Positions 50,894-60,526 of a stretch of 62,841 bases of DNA are shown here, one piece after another. A program made the translations under genes and the position numbers. The stretch comes from an uncultured delta proteobacterium. Its GTDB lineage: Bacteria > Myxococcota > Myxococcia > Myxococcales > Myxococcaceae. Positions within the stretch are counted from its first letter, which is position 1. Every line of letters begins with the position of its first letter. Location: contig CAWCKH010000007.1 in NCBI GenBank assembly GCA_963796055.1, positions 1 to 62,841 on the forward strand, read 5' to 3'. The notes under the pieces are model-generated. The model had not been told where the DNA came from and did not search any database. It saw nothing but the letters and a program-made list of their open reading frames with translations.

Positions 50894-52552
50894 TCACGGT
50901 TGCCAGGCGTAGGGAGGCAAGGTGGTGAGCCGGACATCCTCGACGTGGCCACCGACGGTGAAGTGGTAGAGGCTCTGCCAGTCACGTGACGCAATCCCAA
51001 ATATCTCGTGAACCGGATCGTCGAAGTAGCAGCCAATTCCGGTCGAACGAATGCCTGCCTCTTCCGCTTCGAGGTACAGGACCTGGCCGACGAGGCCCGC
51101 TTCCCAGAAGAGGTTTCGGTAGAACGCCGCCCCATGGACGAGCAGGCTGTCCAGGTACTCGGCGATCATCCCCAGGCTGAAGGCCCCATCGCCGGCGATG
51201 CCCTGACCACAGGAGACGCTTGCCGCCAGAGCGCGGCAGTCCCCTTCCCTGAGCAAGTACAGCGAGAGCCCAGGGGGACACGAAGGCGGGCGCTGCCAGA
51301 GGAACTCGGGGCGCATGATCTCTCGAAGGGCGTCCAGCTTTGCGGCATCGCGGGCAAGCGCGTAGAGCCCCGGAGCCAGGCCGTTCACGCGGTGCACGAA
51401 GAGGCCCAGATGGATGCGGGGACGCCATGGGATTGCATCCCACGGCATCTGCTTCCTACCTCGCGTTGGGATGAGACGGCCGAGCATCCGGAAGAAGGTC
51501 GCCGCAGAGATTCCGGTGGATGCGTCCATGTTCACGGCGCTCCGGCGCCCCAGGATCACCCTCTCGGCGGTGAATGAACCCGAGCGAACGGGCGATTCGA
51601 AGAGGTCTCCCTCGGAAGGGTACCCGGACAAGTCGTCTGCGAACGCAATCCCGGGATTGGATGTGGCTCGCGCCACCTCGTCGATCACTGGCCACTCCAC
51701 ACCGTGATCGGGACTGAGGACGTTCGCCTTCCCGTACCATCGGCCGGCCGAGATTTCACTGACGGCCTCCTCGGGCAGGGGCAGGCCCTGTGGGTGGGCC
51801 CAGCCACCCCGCGTGACCACCGCCAGGAGCTCCGGATGCTCTCGCTCGGCACCAGCGTAGTCGGCGTCACGATCCAGGCCGAGCATCCGTGAGATTGCCG
51901 AGTCGCTCGCGCGGTCGAGGAGGCAGAGCGTCCATCCCAGGGCGGCCGCGGCGAAGCGCATGGCCCCCAGCGCATGTCCGATATCGTGCTGGCAGTACCG
52001 GAACGCGCGCTCGCCGTACTTCCAGGCCTCCCGCCAGAGAACGGAGGTGAGGCCCACCAGGAAGGAACTCTCGGGGAACGCGCGCGTCAGCGCGGCCCAG
52101 ACGGGTGGGGCGACCTCTGCACGACGTTCGAGGCCATGCTCCCTCGGAGCGTAGTGGAAGACACCGGGACGCTCGTGGAGGCCATCGATGGCTGGCAGAA
52201 CTGCGTATCCCTCCGTGGGGTGCAGGTTCCCGCTCGAGGGATTGGCGCGTAGAGACCATCGGGTCCCCTGAGCGCTCTTCCACGCGGTCAGGGACAGAGC
52301 GTAACGAAAGAAGATCGAGATCGAGTCGATGCCCAACAAGGCCGGCTTCACGCTCTGGTCGACGTGCAGCTGCCAGTACGGCAGCTCTCGACCCTCCTTC
52401 GGGAGCGGTAGCCGAACCAGAGCGGCGCCGTCGTAGCGCCGGAACGGATCGGGCTGCGTGGCCCAGTCCAGGTAGCCCAGCGACGCGGCGAAGTGCTGGT
52501 AATGGTGCTTCGTCCGCTCGTGGTAGGCGACGACGATCTCTTCGGCAGACAT
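50894..52552 (-). CDS. SagB/ThcOx-family tandem nitroreductase
   Basis: YHERTKH, LDWATQP, LRANPSSGNLHPTE, REAWKYGERAFRY, TGIGCYFDD. Confidence 0.92.
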   Translation of the reverse strand: MSAEEIVVAYHERTKHHYQHFAASLGYLDWATQPDPFRRYDGAALVRLPLPKEGRELPYWQLHVDQSVKPALLGIDSISIFFRYALSLTAWKSAQGTRWSLRANPSSGNLHPTEGYAVLPAIDGLHERPGVFHYAPREHGLERRAEVAPPVWAALTRAFPESSFLVGLTSVLWREAWKYGERAFRYCQHDIGHALGAMRFAAAALGWTLCLLDRASDSAISRMLGLDRDADYAGAEREHPELLAVVTRGGWAHPQGLPLPEEAVSEISAGRWYGKANVLSPDHGVEWPVIDEVARATSNPGIAFADDLSGYPSEGDLFESPVRSGSFTAERVILGRRSAVNMDASTGISAATFFRMLGRLIPTRGRKQMPWDAIPWRPRIHLGLFVHRVNGLAPGLYALARDAAKLDALREIMRPEFLWQRPPSCPPGLSLYLLREGDCRALAASVSCGQGIAGDGAFSLGMIAEYLDSLLVHGAAFYRNLFWEAGLVGQVLYLEAEEAGIRSTGIGCYFDDPVHEIFGIASRDWQSLYHFTVGGHVEDVRLTTLPPYAWQP

Positions 52553-52624
52553 CCTGACGACCCACCCTACTCCCGTTTCCGAAGGACGACGATGAGCCCC
52601 CCGTCGCTGCCGTGAGCATGCGCG

Positions 52625-52657
52625 CTGGACCGCGCTCGCCTTGAACTCGTCGGTGAA
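52625..52657 (-). mobile_element. Possible IS3-family orfA N-terminal scrap
   Basis: FTDEFKASAVQ resembles the IS3 OrfA start; very short. Confidence 0.3.
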
Positions 52658-52697
52658 GAGACCATCGGGCACACCATGGCTGGACGATGGCCCGCGC

Positions 52698-52723
52698 AAA
52701 AAAAAGGGCGGCCTGCGCCGCCC
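52698..52723 (-). terminator. Rho-independent terminator
   Basis: GGGCGGC-GCAG-GCCGCCC-T8 on the minus strand, just after 52748..53062. Confidence 0.9.
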
Positions 52724-52747
52724 CTCGACAGAGCTTCAGTTCGTGCC

Positions 52748-53062
52748 TCAGGCGCGAACGGTGATCTTCGGAATGGTCGAGCTGCACACCTCGTAGCTCA
52801 GAACCTCCGGAGTCCCCTGGACCACGATGCCCATGGCCTTCAGCACTTCCGGATAGGTAGCGCGGCTGTACTGCTCGGCCTTCTCCTTCGACTCCCAGAA
52901 ACTGATCGCGTACGCGTCGGTTCCGTTGGGGGCGATGAAAGCAACTTCCTCCTGGAAACCTGGCTGCTTGCGCAGAAGGGGAAGGACGTCGTTCTCAAGC
53001 GTCTTGGTGAACTGTGTGGCGGTGTTGGGCTTCAGATGCAGATGCACGTTGCGAGCAAACAT
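52748..53062 (-). CDS. ABM-like dimeric alpha/beta barrel small protein
   Basis: PLLRKQPGF, AISFWESKEKAEQY. Confidence 0.8.
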   Translation of the reverse strand: MFARNVHLHLKPNTATQFTKTLENDVLPLLRKQPGFQEEVAFIAPNGTDAYAISFWESKEKAEQYSRATYPEVLKAMGIVVQGTPEVLSYEVCSSTIPKITVRA

Positions 53063-53493
53063 GGCGAGACCTCGGATTCGTTCTGACTACGCGTTTACGA
53101 ATCGAGAAACTCTGACCTAGTGCAGACGACTCGAGCGGAGAGCTGGGATGCCCACCCGCAGCTTTTAGCATAACCATCTTTCCCGGAGGCGCCAGCAAGG
53201 CAGGACATCTCTCGCGGCGCGGGGCCGAGCACCGCGCATCCGGCTGGAAGGACCACTACTGGGACCCGCTGGCGAGGCTTCTGGGGAGGTAGCCACATTC
53301 GCCGAGACGAGAAAGCCTCGTTTCGGGGTCGCGTAACAGTTCGGGCGCCGTAAGCCGATGCGGCCGTTGCGGCACGAAGCTCGCGAAGCAATGACCGCCC
53401 GGCGCGCGCCATGAATCGAAGTGCCCGGTGCCGAGACCTGCTAAGTCCAGATCGGTAGGGCTCAGTGGCTCGGCCCTCGTCCCGGAGGCAGCG

Positions 53494-53967
53494 ATGGCGA
53501 CCGGTCAGGGTAACACGTGGGTGCTGGTGGCGGACGCCCACCACGCGCGCGTTTTCGACGTCGAGGACGCAGGCCTCATGCCGCACCTCCGGATGACCCT
53601 GCACGCCCGTCCCGATGGGTCCGCGGCGCTCGAGGGCGGGCTCCCGAACGAGGCGCCCGGCCATGGCGCCAAGACCGGCGGCCCGGAGCACGGGTGGACG
53701 ACCGGCGACTACACGCCGGGTGAGGCGGAAGAGCACCGCTTCGTGCACGAGCTGGTGCGCGTGCTCGAGCGCGGCCTGGCCGACACGCACTTCCACCACC
53801 TCGTCGTCGTGGCACCCCCGAAGCTCCTCGGCATGCTCCGCGGCGGGTTGACCCACGGGCTCGCCCAGCGGCTCGCGGCCAGCACGCACAAGGACTGGGG
53901 ACACCTCCCAGACGCCGAGCTGGCCGAGCACGTTCGCGGCCTTGTGGAGATCTGGCCGCAGCGCTGA
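53494..53967 (+). CDS. Host attachment protein (AtsE/baeRF-like)
   Basis: TWVLVADAHHARVF, EEHRF, LVVVAPPKLLGMLR, KD; GGAGG RBS. Confidence 0.85.
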   Translation: MATGQGNTWVLVADAHHARVFDVEDAGLMPHLRMTLHARPDGSAALEGGLPNEAPGHGAKTGGPEHGWTTGDYTPGEAEEHRFVHELVRVLERGLADTHFHHLVVVAPPKLLGMLRGGLTHGLAQRLAASTHKDWGHLPDAELAEHVRGLVEIWPQR

Positions 53968-54063
53968 ACCCGGAGGTCACACCTCACTCCACGACTCGCG
54001 GCTTCTTCTTCCTCAATGCAGACCCGGTGGGGCTAACCCGGCGGCGCGCCGGGCGGCTCTGGG

Positions 54064-54510
54064 TCAGTCGTCCTCGGCGTCCCGCTCGCGGCGAGGGCCA
54101 TCGGCGGGCAAGCGCACCTTCAGGGTCTGGCCGAGCCCCACCGGCGGGGGACCGAAGCTGACGTTGGAGATGTTGAGGTTGCCGTCCGGCTCGAAGGTCA
54201 TGCCGGTGGGGAGGAACAGACCACTCGCGATAACGGTCTGCTGCGTGCCATCCCGGCTGATCCGGACCACGCTGCCCGTTTGCGGCGTGAGGGCCTGCGC
54301 CGCCGATGCCTGCAGCACATACATCCGGCCGCGGTGATCGAACGTCAGCCCGAGGACCATGTTCAACCCGCCGGCATGGACGCTGATGTGCCCATCCGGC
54401 GTGACCTTCCAGATCTTGGAGGACCCGGGGACCTGCGGGAAGGTTCCGAGGTTGCCGACGTAGAAGTTGCGGCGATGGTACGCCAGGGCGATCAGACCGG
54501 GCCACGCACT
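54064..54510 (-). pseudogene. 3' fragment of a ScyD/ScyE-family beta-propeller protein
   Basis: NFYVGNLGTFP..GSSKIWKVTPDG..GLTFD..PTGMTF; in-frame stop upstream, no proper start. Confidence 0.65.
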
Positions 54511-54542
54511 GCTCTACCCTCAGCAGCGGTGAGCATTCCTCC

Positions 54543-54610
54543 GAGCGCCTCCTGCCTCCGTCGTCTTCCCCTTGCCCGACGGCCGGCTCGCCTACCGGAT
54601 GAAGAGGGCC
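54543..54610 (+). mobile_element. Possible IS91-family transposase scrap
   Basis: ERL...LPDGRLAYRMKR resembles IS91-like Y2 transposases. Confidence 0.4.
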
Positions 54611-54657
54611 TCTCCCGTTCCTTGGATGGCAGGGTGCATGGCCGGCATCGAGGCCCT

Positions 54658-56544
54658 TCACGGGAGGCTGGTCGCGAGCTGGCTCGATGGGCTCGGGTAC
54701 ATCGCGTCGATGAGGGCCCGGTATTTCTGCTCGACGAAGCGGCGCTTGATCTTGAGGGTGGGGGTCAGCTCGCCACCCTCCTGGGTGAACTCCTGGGACA
54801 CGAGCGTAAACCGTTTGATCTGCTCGTAGCCCGCGAGGCCCTCGTTGATGCTCCGGATGCGCCGCTCGTAGAAGGCGACGATCTCCGGTCGGGCCACGAG
54901 ATCCTCCCGCGACGTGAAGGGGATCCCGTTCTCCCGGGCGTACTGCTCCAGCGCCGGAAAGAACGGGACGACGAGGGCGCTCACGTAGTTGCGCTTGTCG
55001 GCGAGGACCGCAACCTGCTCGACGAAGCCGTCGCTGCCGAACAGGGACTCGATGTGCTGGGGCGCGATGTTCTTGCCCCCCGACGTGATGATGAGGTCCT
55101 TGATGCGGTCGGTGATGTGCAGGAACCCGTCCTCGTCGATCAGACCCACGTCCCCGGTCTTGAACCACCCGTCCTGGAAGGCCGCCGCCGTCTCGGCGGG
55201 CTTCCCGTAGTAGCCCTTCATGACGTTCCCGCCCCGGGCGAGGATCTCGCCGCTCTCCGCGATCTTGATCTCGCAGCCGAGCACGGGGCGGCCGACGGTT
55301 CCAAACTTGAACGCGCCCGGCGCGTTGCAAGTCAGCATGGGGGAGGTCTCGGTGAGGCCATAGCCCTGGCAGATGAGGAGGCCAGCGGCGAAGAAGAACT
55401 CCTCGACCTCCTTCGAGAGCGGGGCGCCACCGCACGAGAAGAAGTTCTTCTCCCCCCCGACAACGTCACGGATCTTCGAGAGCACCAGCGCGTCGGCGAT
55501 CCGGTGCTGAAGCGAAAGCACCGGGCCCACGGGCCTCTTCTCCTTCCTGCGGTACTGATACTGGCGGCCGACGCGCATGGCCCACCGGAAGAGCGCACGC
55601 CGTGCCCCGGACCCCTTTCCGGCCCGGTCAAGGACGGTGGCGCAGATCTTCTCGTACAGCCGGGGGACGCTCACCATCGCGGTAGGCCTGACCTCGGCCA
55701 TGCAGGCGACGACGTCCTTCGGATCGGCGAGGTAGTCATTTTCCGCGCCGCGCCGGAATACGTAGTACGACCAGAGCCGCTCGTACACGTGGCTCAAGGG
55801 GAGGAAGCACATGCTCCTGTCCTCGGGACCCACCGCGAACCGCTCGTCGGTCGCCCGGAACTGGTGGAAGAAGTTGGCGTGGGTCAGCACGGCGCCCTTC
55901 GGATCGCCGGTGGTGCCCGACGTGTAGATGACCGTTGCGACGTCTTCGCTGGTCGCCGAGTCGAGGCGTCGCTCCACCTCGGCGCCGCGGGTGGAGGCCG
56001 CGCCGATGCGGGTGAAGTCGTCGAAGTACATGGAGCCGTCGCCGGAGAGCTTCGTCCTCCTGTCGAAGGCGATCACCCTCTGCAGCTGTGGGACGCCGGC
56101 CTTGAAGGCCAGGACCTTGTCGTATTGAGCCTGGTCGCCGACGAAGATGAGCTTCAAGCCGGCATCTCTCGCGATGTACTCCGCCTGCCTGGCGGTGTTC
56201 GTAGCGTAGATGGGAACTGAGACGGCCTTCACGGTCACGATGCCGAAGTCCGCGAGGCTCCACTCCGGCGCGTTCCGGGCGAAGATCCCGACCATATCCC
56301 CTTCCTCGATGCCAGACTCGAGCAAGGCCTTCGCCACCGCCTGGATCTTCTCGCCCAGCTCGGCGTAGCTGATCGACTTCCACGCGCCGCCGTCCTTGTA
56401 GCGCATGGCGGCCTTCGGGCCGTGGACTCGAACGCTGTCGCGGATCATGAAGGCCAGGTGATCCGTGCCCATGGCCTCAGCCCTCTGGCGGCGGGCTGAG
56501 CCCACCGCAGCGGGAGCGAGCCCGCTTTCGAGCACCGCGTTCAT
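54658..56544 (-). CDS. fadD: Long-chain fatty acid-CoA ligase
   Basis: IYTSGTTGDPKG, GYGLTE, GWFKTGD, DRIKDLI, LTPTLK. Confidence 0.93.
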   Translation of the reverse strand: MNAVLESGLAPAAVGSARRQRAEAMGTDHLAFMIRDSVRVHGPKAAMRYKDGGAWKSISYAELGEKIQAVAKALLESGIEEGDMVGIFARNAPEWSLADFGIVTVKAVSVPIYATNTARQAEYIARDAGLKLIFVGDQAQYDKVLAFKAGVPQLQRVIAFDRRTKLSGDGSMYFDDFTRIGAASTRGAEVERRLDSATSEDVATVIYTSGTTGDPKGAVLTHANFFHQFRATDERFAVGPEDRSMCFLPLSHVYERLWSYYVFRRGAENDYLADPKDVVACMAEVRPTAMVSVPRLYEKICATVLDRAGKGSGARRALFRWAMRVGRQYQYRRKEKRPVGPVLSLQHRIADALVLSKIRDVVGGEKNFFSCGGAPLSKEVEEFFFAAGLLICQGYGLTETSPMLTCNAPGAFKFGTVGRPVLGCEIKIAESGEILARGGNVMKGYYGKPAETAAAFQDGWFKTGDVGLIDEDGFLHITDRIKDLIITSGGKNIAPQHIESLFGSDGFVEQVAVLADKRNYVSALVVPFFPALEQYARENGIPFTSREDLVARPEIVAFYERRIRSINEGLAGYEQIKRFTLVSQEFTQEGGELTPTLKIKRRFVEQKYRALIDAMYPSPSSQLATSLP

Positions 56545-56644
56545 TCGTCCTCCCCGCCGAGGCCCGCAATGCTTGCGGAGATGTGCCAAGCAGCCCGCAC
56601 CCGCTGCGCTTCCACGCGCCCGTTCTCGACTGGCGACGAGAACC

Positions 56645-56660
56645 TGCATTGACGAGACCA
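56645..56660 (-). promoter_or_regulatory. Putative sigma-54 promoter of fadD
   Basis: TGGTCTCGTCAATGCA. Confidence 0.45.
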
Positions 56661-56778
56661 CTCGCCGGGCGCACGACACCGCCACCCACCCGGTGGAGCG
56701 CGTCCTTCCCCGGGCGCGTACCGCCAGTGGACGCTCTCGCTGCAGCGCCCCTCGCTTCCCGAGCCCGGCTGACACGTT

Positions 56779-56821
56779 GGGCGACCAAGCGGGCTTGAAC
56801 CGCTAACCCCCGGAGCCACAG
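56779..56821 (-). repeat. tRNA-His(GUG) 3' half, copy 2
   Basis: CTGTGGCTCCGGGGGTTAGCGGTTCAAGCCCGCTTGGTCGCCC. Confidence 0.8.
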
Positions 56822-57009
56822 AACGGGGCCTGACTTACTCCCGGTCCCCAAGCTCCCGAATCCGCTGACTTTCGCAGTCGCGAAAAGTAAGGCCCCGATG
56901 TCGAGGCTTCCCTCTGAGCTGCCGGACTTGGGGCCACTCGTGGCCTCACGGATGGCCCCAGGAGAGCGTTAACTCACGATCCGTGACTTTGAGGTCAGTG
57001 GTCGCGGCC

Positions 57010-57307
57010 GGCGGTCGCCCGAGATGCGACTGGCAACGTCGTCGGCCGCGGGGAAATGCACGCGCAGGCGGAGCAGGTCTTCCGCAACATCAAGACAGCG
57101 CTCGAGGCTCGGGGCGCGACACTGGCGGACGTCGTGCAACTCACCTGCTACATCCGAGACATGTCTCAGCTTGCGGCATACCGTGAGGTTCGCGAGCGTG
57201 TTCTTGGAGCTGCACCGCGACCCGCGAGCACGCTCGTCGGTGTCAGTGCGCTCTCGAGCGAGGACTTCCTCCTTGAGGTCGACGTCGTCGCTGTGCCTCG
57301 ACAGTAG
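57010..57307 (+). pseudogene. RidA/YjgF family gene, 5'-truncated
   Basis: DATGNVVG..QAEQVFRNI..L.DVV..RPASTLVGV..LLEVD; N-terminus missing. Confidence 0.75.
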
Positions 57308-57495
57308 CGCGGCGCCCCAGCCGCTCCACCGCACAGCGCCGCGACCGGATGGCGAGTACGGGCTCCCCCATCGCACAACGCGTGCCCCAGGGTGCCAGGT
57401 GGGACTTCATGTCGCGCATCGACCGAGTTTCCCGGTCAGGCGCTCACAGCTCACTCCATCGCGCCTCTCGGACTCTCGTCGGTACCATCGGGTGC

Positions 57496-58908
57496 ATGCG
57501 CATCCGTCGTCTCTCCAGTGCCCTCGCAGTCGCCCTCGCCACCGCCATCGCCGCGTGCGGTAGCAGCTCGAACCAGACGTCCTGTGATCCCGTCGCCAAC
57601 ACCGGGTGCCAGAGCAGTCAGGTTTGCGAACAGAAGCAGGGAGGAGGTTCAGTCTGTGCCGAGCCCCTGGTCGTCCGCGGCCGGATCTTCAACCTCGCCG
57701 ACGGCTCGGCGGTCCCGGGGGCGCGCGCGGTCGCCCTCGATGCCAACTCTGCGCCGGTGAGCTCCGTGGCGACCTCCGGAGCCGACGGGAGCTACGAGCT
57801 CGCCATCCCCTCACCTCGCACCGCCGACGGAAAGCCGGTGAGCAGCTCCATCACCCTGCGTGTCGACGCCAGCGGGTTCCAGAGCTTTCCCTCCGGCCTC
57901 CGTCAGGCGCTCCCCATTGCCACCGGCAGCCCGGTCGAGAGCTCGGGCAAGCTGGTCATCGCCTCGGCCCTCACCGACGTGGGCTTGCTCGCACTGCAGG
58001 CAGCCGGAACCGGCGTCATCTCCGGCAAGGCCCAGGTTCCGGCGAGCCGCGCCGGAGTCCTCGTCGTCGCCGAGACCGGCGCGGGCACGGGCGGACTCAG
58101 CGCCATCGCCGACACCAGCGGGGACTTCAAGATCTTCAACGTCCCTGCCGGGAGCTTCACTGTCAAGGCTTACGCCAAGGGCGCGAACTACAATCCGGCC
58201 AGCGCCATAGTGACCGCAGGACAGACCACCACCGTGAATCTGACCCTCAACGCGTCGAAGGCCGCCTCCACGGTGTCGGGAAACATCAACATCGTGAACC
58301 CCGGTGCCGGGACGGGCACCTCGGTGATCCTGGTGGTCGAGTCCACCTTCAACGAGGCGCTCGCGCGCGGGGAGACGCCTCCCGGATTGCGCGCGCCGGA
58401 TCCGGGCACGGCCCCAAACGTGAGCGGCGCCTTCTCCATCGGCGGAGTCCCCGAGGGCCGCTACGTCGTCCTCGCCGCCTTCGAGAACGACAACCTGGTG
58501 CGCGACCCGGACACCTCCATCGCCGGGACGCAGATCGTCCACGTCCAGGTCACCAGCGGCAGCAAGACCACCCTGCCCACCAGCTTCAAGGTGACAGGCG
58601 CGCTCGACGTGATCGGCCCGGGCAAGGACGCTCCCGAGGCGGTCACCGCCAAGCCCGTCCTGACCTGGGTCGATGACTCCAGCGAGAACGGGTACACGGT
58701 GGTGGTCTACGACGGGCTCGGGAACGTCGCCTGGGGGCCGATGGATCTCCCGAGCTCCCAGGGCTCGAACCCCAGCGTCCAGTACGCGGGACCGCTCGAC
58801 AAGGGGATGTTCTACCAGTTCAGGGCCACGTCCTGGCGAAACACCAACTCGGGCAGGGTGAACATCTCCGACACCGAGGACCTCCGCGGCGTGTTCTACA
58901 TGCCGTAG
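57496..58908 (+). CDS. Lipoprotein with carboxypeptidase-regulatory-like beta-sandwich domains
   Basis: Lipobox IAAC; ADGSYEL, GDFKIFNVPAG, GVPEGRYVVLAAFEND. Confidence 0.8.
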   Translation: MRIRRLSSALAVALATAIAACGSSSNQTSCDPVANTGCQSSQVCEQKQGGGSVCAEPLVVRGRIFNLADGSAVPGARAVALDANSAPVSSVATSGADGSYELAIPSPRTADGKPVSSSITLRVDASGFQSFPSGLRQALPIATGSPVESSGKLVIASALTDVGLLALQAAGTGVISGKAQVPASRAGVLVVAETGAGTGGLSAIADTSGDFKIFNVPAGSFTVKAYAKGANYNPASAIVTAGQTTTVNLTLNASKAASTVSGNINIVNPGAGTGTSVILVVESTFNEALARGETPPGLRAPDPGTAPNVSGAFSIGGVPEGRYVVLAAFENDNLVRDPDTSIAGTQIVHVQVTSGSKTTLPTSFKVTGALDVIGPGKDAPEAVTAKPVLTWVDDSSENGYTVVVYDGLGNVAWGPMDLPSSQGSNPSVQYAGPLDKGMFYQFRATSWRNTNSGRVNISDTEDLRGVFYMP

Positions 58909-58947
58909 CCCCGGACGCTCGCCCAAGGAGACCCGGAGCGACGCCAC

Positions 58948-60393
58948 GTGCACCTGCACCCGCTCGGTCTCAAAGATATTCGACTTCTCGCCGTTTCCAA
59001 GGGCGGGGAGTTGGCGGTGCTTTCGCGGCCCTATCCCCTCATGCGGGGCTCGGTGAAAGGGACGCTCGCCCGAGTTCCAGGCATCGGGGGGCTTCCTCGC
59101 GAGCTTACAGAAGACGTCACCTACGCCGACTGGACACCCAGAGGAGAGCTGGTGGCAATTCGGGTCGCGGCTGCGAACTACTGGATCGAGCGACCCCTGG
59201 GGACGACGGTTTACAAGGCTGGCGGGAGGATCAGCGACCTCCGCGTCTCTCCCAACGGCGAGAATGTGGCCTTTGTTTCTTATTCGCCCGAGGGGGCAAA
59301 GGTGATGGTCCTCGACGCGCACAACGCAGCTCGCGCCTTGACCAAGGGTTATCCGGATTGCGGGGCGCTGGCATGGAGCCCGAGCGGGACCGAGGTCTGG
59401 TTCACCGCGGGCAATTGGGGAGCGGACACGCTCCGAGCCGCGCCGCTGAACGGCGATGAATACGAGGTCTACCGAAGTACGGGGGGACACATGACGCTCG
59501 AGGACATCGGGACGGATGGCACCATTCTGTTCACGCTCGATGAGTGGACCGGTGACATCTCCTTGCTCCTCAAATCGGGCCCGAGTCGGCGCAACCTCTC
59601 CTGGTTCGGCGACGCATGGCTGGCAGCTCTCTCCGACGATGGGCAACTCTTGGCGTTCACCGACACGCGGGCGGCAGCGCTCTCCGCCCATCAGATCCTC
59701 GTCCGGCAGACTGACGGCTCGCCACCCAGGTTTCTCGGCGAGGGTTTGGCGCTCGACCTCTCGGCGGACAAGAAGACGGTGCTCGCAAGGCGGGGGTCCG
59801 GACTGGTCCTCCTTCCTGTCGGAGCGGGGAAGGCCCAGGAGCTGCCGACACCTGGGCTCGAGGTCGAGGAGGGACGCTTTTTTCGGGATGGCAAACGGGT
59901 GGTAGTCGCCGCTCGGCCAACCGACGGCCGGGAGCGCGGCGTCTTCCTCCTCGAGGTCGGGAGCGACGCCGGACCCCGGACCATCTCCGAGGCTGGCCTC
60001 GCGCGTTGGCCTTCCCTCCAGCTCTCACCCGACGAGCGTTGGGTGGCAGCCTGGGGTGCCGACGAGGTCCCCCTCCTACTTCCCACCGCCGGCGGGCCGC
60101 CCATTCGCCTTCCAGAAGTCTCACCGGAGCACCGTGCGATTCCCGTCGGGTGGTCGGCCGCAGGGGACCTCTGGGTGCAGTCCGCGGGTCACCCGCCGGC
60201 GCAGCTGCTCCGAGTCGACGTTGCCGCGCGCCAGGTGAGGGAATCCCGGGAACTTGCACCCGGCGACCCAACGGGGGTCGTGCTGATGTGGCCAACCCAC
60301 ATCACCCCTGACGGAAGCATGGTCGCTTTCACCTCCATCCGCACCCGGAGCCGCCTGTTCCTCATGCGCGGCGTGGGCGTGGCCAAGAACTGA
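58948..60393 (+). CDS. TolB/WD40-like beta-propeller; probably the C-terminal part of a kinase-propeller gene lacking its kinase domain
   Basis: SPNG, WSPSG, LSDDG, LSPDE, ITPDG repeats; begins mid-propeller, no signal peptide. Confidence 0.65.
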   Translation: MHLHPLGLKDIRLLAVSKGGELAVLSRPYPLMRGSVKGTLARVPGIGGLPRELTEDVTYADWTPRGELVAIRVAAANYWIERPLGTTVYKAGGRISDLRVSPNGENVAFVSYSPEGAKVMVLDAHNAARALTKGYPDCGALAWSPSGTEVWFTAGNWGADTLRAAPLNGDEYEVYRSTGGHMTLEDIGTDGTILFTLDEWTGDISLLLKSGPSRRNLSWFGDAWLAALSDDGQLLAFTDTRAAALSAHQILVRQTDGSPPRFLGEGLALDLSADKKTVLARRGSGLVLLPVGAGKAQELPTPGLEVEEGRFFRDGKRVVVAARPTDGRERGVFLLEVGSDAGPRTISEAGLARWPSLQLSPDERWVAAWGADEVPLLLPTAGGPPIRLPEVSPEHRAIPVGWSAAGDLWVQSAGHPPAQLLRVDVAARQVRESRELAPGDPTGVVLMWPTHITPDGSMVAFTSIRTRSRLFLMRGVGVAKN

Positions 60394-60526
60394 CCCTCCG
60401 CTCGGCGGATGCGAGGACCTCAGGGCTGGAGCGGCGTGGGAGTTCCGCGCCGAGCCCATTGCCGAGACCAGCGGAGCGGAGGTTGTGTGGTTCTGACCTG
60501 CACAACCGGGGATGCGTCGCGGTGCT

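Noticed and set aside
50894..52552. Azole RiPP cluster around the SagB/ThcOx gene
   Set aside because: No YcaO, E1-like protein or precursor peptide nearby; stand-alone members are common
48240..54842. Diversity-generating retroelement TR/VR pair (gene 3' end plus non-coding copy)
   Set aside because: The 9 mismatches are not adenine-specific in either copy and there is no reverse transcriptase in the window
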